Assembly (NCBI GenBank): GCA_965224025.1
Contig: OZ245033.1
Location: 2,400,001-2,464,000 of the forward strand
DNA length: 64,000 bases
Reading direction: 5' to 3'
Origin: Candidatus Multivorans sp.
GTDB lineage: Bacteria > Acidobacteriota > Thermoanaerobaculia > Multivoradales > Multivoraceae
In this document: in pieces, positions 61,401 through 64,000 of the stretch
Layout: every line of letters begins with the position of its first letter
Numbering within the stretch: position 1 is the first letter of the stretch
The notes under the pieces: model-generated
What the model saw: only the letters and a program-made list of their open reading frames with translations
Databases searched by the model: none
Told to the model about the DNA's origin: nothing
Position numbers and translations under genes: made by a program

Positions 61401-62093
61401 CCTGCGGGAGTGGGAGGCGGCGGCGCGGCGACGGTGTCGATCGACGACGACGACACGCCTCCGATGGCGGTGATTGAAGTGAGCGGCTCGGCGTGCGACC
61501 CTGAGCTTTGCCGGGCCCTGACCGGCGAGCCGGTGCAGTTCGCGGACATGAGCACCGGTCCCGCGGCGTCGCGTCGCTGGGAGTTCGGCGAGGGTACGGA
61601 GTCGAGTCTGCGCAGGTTGGCGCACATTTGGTCGGCGCCGGGTTTCTATGAGGTGACGCTGTGGGTGAGCGACGGCGGGCGTGAATCGATGTCATCGCGT
61701 GTGTTCCTGGTCGAGTCGAGTTCTCCTGCGGGGACGTGCGTGGCGGACGCGGAGACGCTGTGTCTGCAGGACTCGCGCTACGCGGTGGCCGTACAGTGGC
61801 GGAAGCCGGACGGCGAGAGCGGCGCGGGGAGCGTGGTTCACGCGGGAACGAACGACTCGGGTCTGTTCACGTTCTTCAACCGTGAGAACTGGGAGATTCT
61901 GATCAAGGTGCTGGACGGCTGCGCGGTGAACGGTCACGTGTGGGTGTACGGCGCGTCGACGACGGACCTCGGCTACTCGATCCGGGTGACGGACACGGCG
62001 ACGGGCGTGGAGAAGGAGTACTGGAACGAGCCAGGGCAGCCGGCGCCCGCGATCACCGACGCGATGGCGGTTCCGGAGGGCTGCGAGCCGTAG
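55500..62093 (+). CDS. Giant secreted S8 (kexin-like) protease-adhesin: Spondin_N, FN3, PPC-like repeats, S8, P-domain, FN3, Ig/Calx-beta repeats, poly-Pro, PKD, Acidobacterial C-terminal domain
   Basis: MIAPSPDWFVG (Spondin_N); VVDVG / HGTSVAG / SAGNG / GGTSAAAP; YGFGVVDA; GTWTLRVTD..LKSWSL; TVDYxTxDG. Confidence 0.9.
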   Translation: MFQSASVRRLRQALLLAAVAAGLLLPDPARAQDTSLTPSPDDPDVAVRSEALYDITFTGAWTTTVTPGGLPGGAHFSRLIGGVHNDEVTFLKGGEEASAGVESMAELGGYSTLRNEINAAGADRLSTIQGTSDFISPTATVTFDEVTLTTDHPRVTLVTMIAPSPDWFVGVSSLTLLGSSGDWKDSVSVDLYPWDAGTEDGTEFSLSNDATDPQGVITSLQGIGKFNSNKIATLEITLKSTVTAAPTISAVHPGDEALTVLWTAPSGVTDITAYDLRYILTSADETVDSNWTVVEDIWTEGLLRHVLTGLTDGSGYDVQVRAVTNTDGMWSATVTGTPTEPGNTFGTALTLPLDLPLGGDIDVPNDLDIFEFTLTGETGVILLALGDIDTVAVLYDEDGNFLDANDDGGRVGEPLNFLIWETLGAGTYYLEVSTRLFSFDTGPYQVRVNTIVDTTGLSDAKEVEVGSFENGLIDPEEDEDYFRFTLTEETDVILRSGPPVADTVGELLNNSGTSITENDDGFVLGRPAQFLIRRKLAAGTYYVKVKAFSEKVTGLYSFHVETVTEPGSTIADAASLEFREIGAGRIDPSTDADYFKIVLSEATHVFGRAVSNTVDIDGALLDGNGDAVTANVFEQDFRSDGPMGFTLADRLDAGIHYIKVTRSGGDNTGGYSIRMTEDEDMNQFVADCSALPAPFSDPLSGCQWNLKNTGQLGGTSGQDIRVEDVWTDGNMGAGIGVAVVDVGLHEAHPDLIDNVDTARGHDYTNNGDGLLYPFNSHGTSVAGVIAARDNDLGGRGVAPRARVYGYNLLRSGSYEKEVDAMTRNMATTGASSNSWGALEGPGLDPAAETWEMAIDTGVETGYGGKGVVYVWSAGNGAPDDNANFDGYVNYYGVTAVCAVNDRGQRSAYSELGATLWICAPSNGGSAGILATYNYGRYGDSFGGTSAAAPTVSGVVALVRAANTALTWRDVKLILAASARKNDTSNSGWRTGASKYGATGRYNFNHEYGFGVVDAKAAVALASGWKILSPFIETDPVEATPDLGIPDATTSDPGATVMSTVTIGTEVEFIEFVEIVADFEAPAFRDLRVELVSPSNTVSTLAVPSGALDEDGNTFGIDPDFRFGSARHLGEDPAGTWTLRVTDHATEDTATLKSWSLKIFGHRSTPGAPAVPIATPGQRALTVFWSAPSTIGASEVTTYDVRYILSDAADKADNRWTEETGVWTSGSLSHTVTGLLDDTKYDLQLRGVNAKGGGAWSESVSVETLPNRPPVAVGSLVGPDLQVGDGSEDLDVSGAFEDPDDDTLTYDASSSAPAVAEAGISGDRVTLTPVARGTATIMVTATDVTGSNMAATQRFDVRVKGRRGVTISEDALMVDEGSSETYTVVLDSEPTGPVTVTPSVPANRDLSVDPTELEFTTGNWQIERFVTVEAATDANTNSEPPVAISHRVSGADYGSVTAPSVRVTIVETDTSTLSVEGAEASESGGTVTFEVTLSKAGTSEITVDYRTSDGSARAGTDYTAANGTLTFPVSSMASQQIVVDITNDTEDEAEEESFRLTLRNAQHASLAGGGSTLQVTGTIRDDDDPEVEVSFGSASYGVTEGRAVTVVVRLNRDPERDLDIDLDRTHHGDATDADYSGVPSSVAFGPDVRTQEFLFMATDDTVDDDGEAVVLSFGSLPSRVTAGGSGETTVAIQDNDGGLPVPPPPPPPPPPPPPPPPPPPPPPPPPPPPPPPPPPPPPPPPPPPPPPPPPPPPPPPPPPPEVSVTAASASESAGAMVFDVRLSASSSSAVTVDYATGDGPGAAGAKAGSDYTETQGSLRFPAGSSARQIRVPVTADGEDEEEVETFTLTLRNPVNATLAGGGSALQVVGAILDDDDPEVVVSFGSSSYAAPEGGTVEVTVVLSGDPEREVSIPLVRTHGGGASESDYSGVPERVTFSSGVTTQTFEFTAADDSEADFGESVVLGFGVLPAGVGGGGAATVSIDDDDTPPMAVIEVSGSACDPELCRALTGEPVQFADMSTGPAASRRWEFGEGTESSLRRLAHIWSAPGFYEVTLWVSDGGRESMSSRVFLVESSSPAGTCVADAETLCLQDSRYAVAVQWRKPDGESGAGSVVHAGTNDSGLFTFFNRENWEILIKVLDGCAVNGHVWVYGASTTDLGYSIRVTDTATGVEKEYWNEPGQPAPAITDAMAVPEGCEP
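60600..60776 (+). repeat. CCN trinucleotide tract encoding 59 consecutive prolines
   Basis: 177 nt of in-frame CCA/CCG/CCC/CCT codons. Confidence 0.95.
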
Positions 62094-62111
62094 GCGACCA
62101 AGACGATCGTC

Positions 62112-62606
62112 CTATCCGGCTGCCCGCTTCGGCGTCTCGAACCACGCCAGCCTGCCGCCGTAGGGCTCGGTCTCGCTCCACGAGTCGATGTCGAGATGGA
62201 CGCAGGCCAAGGCCGCGGTGACGAACCGGGGCGGATCGTCGCCGGTCAGTCGGCGGACGAGCTCGGCGCAGGTGGGTTGGTGGCTGACGAGCAGTATGGA
62301 GTTCGCATCGTCGGCCTGCTCGCGCAGAAGATCGATCGCCGATCCCGGCGACGCCAAGTACAGCGCGGGCTTCAGGATCGTGGCGCGGTTCCAGTTGCCG
62401 GCCGCCACGGCCAGCTCGATCGTCTGCCGGGTACGCAAGGCGGACGAACAGAGGATCCGGTCGGGCAGCTCCCGTCGTTCGGCGACAAGGCGGCCCATCG
62501 TCTTGGCGGCCGCGACGCCACGGGGGTTCAGGGGCCGATCGTGGTCCGCGCCGTAGGTTGCGCTCCAGTCCGATTTGGCGTGACGAAGAACGTACAGAAT
62601 TCGCAC
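62112..62606 (-). CDS. sixA: SixA-type phosphohistidine phosphatase
   Basis: LRHAKSDW, DHDRPLN.RG, SSALRTRQT, LLVSHQP; start uncertain. Confidence 0.87.
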   Translation of the reverse strand: MRILYVLRHAKSDWSATYGADHDRPLNPRGVAAAKTMGRLVAERRELPDRILCSSALRTRQTIELAVAAGNWNRATILKPALYLASPGSAIDLLREQADDANSILLVSHQPTCAELVRRLTGDDPPRFVTAALACVHLDIDSWSETEPYGGRLAWFETPKRAAG

Positions 62607-62723
62607 GGTTGGGCGTGACGGTAGCAGGGTCGTGAGGTGCCGCCGCGGCTGTGTCATGGACACACGGTCCGGGACCGGCGCGCTGTCTCGTGACCCGTCG
62701 TGCGCGTGTGTCATTCTCGGAGC

Positions 62724-64000
62724 ATGAAGAGCGCGGATTCAGTGCGGCGGACGGTGGCAGTCGCGGTTTGCGGACTGGTTCTCGCGGCTACGGCCGGGGC
62801 TCAAGGCGCTCCGCCGGCTTCGGAGAGGGCCGCCCTGAACCTGGAAAGCTTCGACTTCGCTTGGAGGCGGATCGCCGACACCTTCTGGGACGAGGAGATG
62901 GGCGGTGTCGACTGGCAGGCCGTGGGCGACGAGCTGAGGCCGCGAGCCCGGGATGCGGCGGACGCACGGGAGCTGCGGGAGGTGGTCCAGGAGATGCTCG
63001 CGCGGCTGGGGCAGTCTCACTTCGGCGTCCTGCCGGGCGCCCGGTCGGCGGGCGGCGGCAGAGAGCCGGCGGCGAGCGACAACGGGGACGGCGCCGCCTG
63101 CACCCCGGCGCTGATGCAGACCGTCACCGGCGAGGGCGCTTCGTCCGCATCGGACGCGGGGCCGGGGTTAGAGATCCGTTTCCTGGACCGGCTACCGGTG
63201 GTCAGCCGGGTCGTGGCGGGTTCGGCGGCTGACCGTGGCGGTTTGACGACCGGCGCCGAGGTCGTGCGGATCGGTGACCAGGGTCTCGGAGCTCTTTCCC
63301 GCTGCTTCGAGTTGGAGTCCCTCGATCCGCGGGTTGCCGACCTGGTGCGTGCGCGCGCCGTCGAGGGCCTGCTCTTCGGAGCACCGGGCGATTCCGTGGA
63401 GGTGGAGTTCGGCGACGGGTCCGGCGAGCGGTTCGTGCTCGAGTTGGAGCGCGCCCACCACCCGGACGCAGTCGCAATCGGCTTCGGCAACCTGCCGCCG
63501 ATGCAGTACGTGTTCGAGACCGAGGAGGTGGAGACGCCGACCGGGGGACGGGTGCTTGCGGTGCGCTTCAGCGTCTGGATGGTGCCCGTGGTCGAAGCGT
63601 TCGAAACCGCGGTCTACGGATACCCCGCGGCCGGCTCGTCGGCGTTCGATGGCCTGCTGATCGATCTGCGCGGCAATCCCGGCGGCGTGGCCGGCACCGC
63701 CGTCGGGATTGCGGGCTATCTGATGGATGAGCGGGTCTCACTGGGCAGCATGTTGCACCGCGGCTCGGACCTGCGGTTGCCGGTGTACCCACGCCGGGTA
63801 TCGCGTGGCAGCGAGAAACTCGAAGTGTTCGGTGGACCGGTCGCCGTACTCACTGACGGCGGCAGCGCCAGCACCAGCGAGATCTTCGCCGCCGGACTCC
63901 AGGACCACGGTCGCATCAGGGTGTTCGGCGAGCCGACTGCGGCGGCGGCGCTGCCGGCGGTGGTCGAGAGGATGCCGAACGGCGACCTGCTGATGCACGC
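62724..64000 (+). CDS. S41 family peptidase (partial, runs off window)
   Basis: Not in ORF track; hand translation MKSADSV..signal..SFDFAW..GVDW..SHF..LIDLRGNPGG..SASTSEIFA. Confidence 0.88.
   Translation, partial: MKSADSVRRTVAVAVCGLVLAATAGAQGAPPASERAALNLESFDFAWRRIADTFWDEEMGGVDWQAVGDELRPRARDAADARELREVVQEMLARLGQSHFGVLPGARSAGGGREPAASDNGDGAACTPALMQTVTGEGASSASDAGPGLEIRFLDRLPVVSRVVAGSAADRGGLTTGAEVVRIGDQGLGALSRCFELESLDPRVADLVRARAVEGLLFGAPGDSVEVEFGDGSGERFVLELERAHHPDAVAIGFGNLPPMQYVFETEEVETPTGGRVLAVRFSVWMVPVVEAFETAVYGYPAAGSSAFDGLLIDLRGNPGGVAGTAVGIAGYLMDERVSLGSMLHRGSDLRLPVYPRRVSRGSEKLEVFGGPVAVLTDGGSASTSEIFAAGLQDHGRIRVFGEPTAAAALPAVVERMPNGDLLMH

Noticed and set aside
1-64000. tRNA, rRNA, prophage, integrase, retron or known riboswitch
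   Set aside because: No recognisable signatures by eye; a covariance-model scan was not possible

Overview
High-GC bacterial chromosomal window. Acidobacteria-type markers (VWFA-related secreted protein, the LCLQDSRY...KVLDGC C-terminal domain, Spondin/Calx-beta/FN3 adhesin domains, a Uma2 protein) suggest an Acidobacterium, possibly host-associated; this is inference. Intact housekeeping or adaptive blocks: ECF sigma + FecR-type anti-sigma + 4-gene ABC transporter, arfB, otsA/otsB/GH15 trehalose locus, msrP, ampG, glcDE, an aldehyde dehydrogenase, a heme cluster (hemC-D fusion, hemL, hemF, hemH, hemA, hemE, hemY/G; no hemB), M2 peptidase, xth, sixA and an S41 peptidase running off the end. 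Between them lie decayed defence and TA parts: an orphan HNH domain, a HEPN/Zn-ribbon gene split by an ISL3 (IRs and 8-bp TSD visible), an hsdS scrap, a type II R-M pair whose endonuclease is frameshifted in a G6 run, a broken brnT and an orphan higA. Intact vapBC and RES TA pairs are also present. Most notable: (1) a ~2200-aa kexin-like adhesin-protease with 59 consecutive prolines and no propeptide, preceded by a separate gene that looks like a detached, trans-acting prodomain ending in RTPR; (2) a modular family of GAAC-led hairpin repeats (REP/BIME-like) with compensatory changes, one copy inside a probable CDS; (3) a second two-copy structured element. All calls come from motif recognition by eye; no searches were run.
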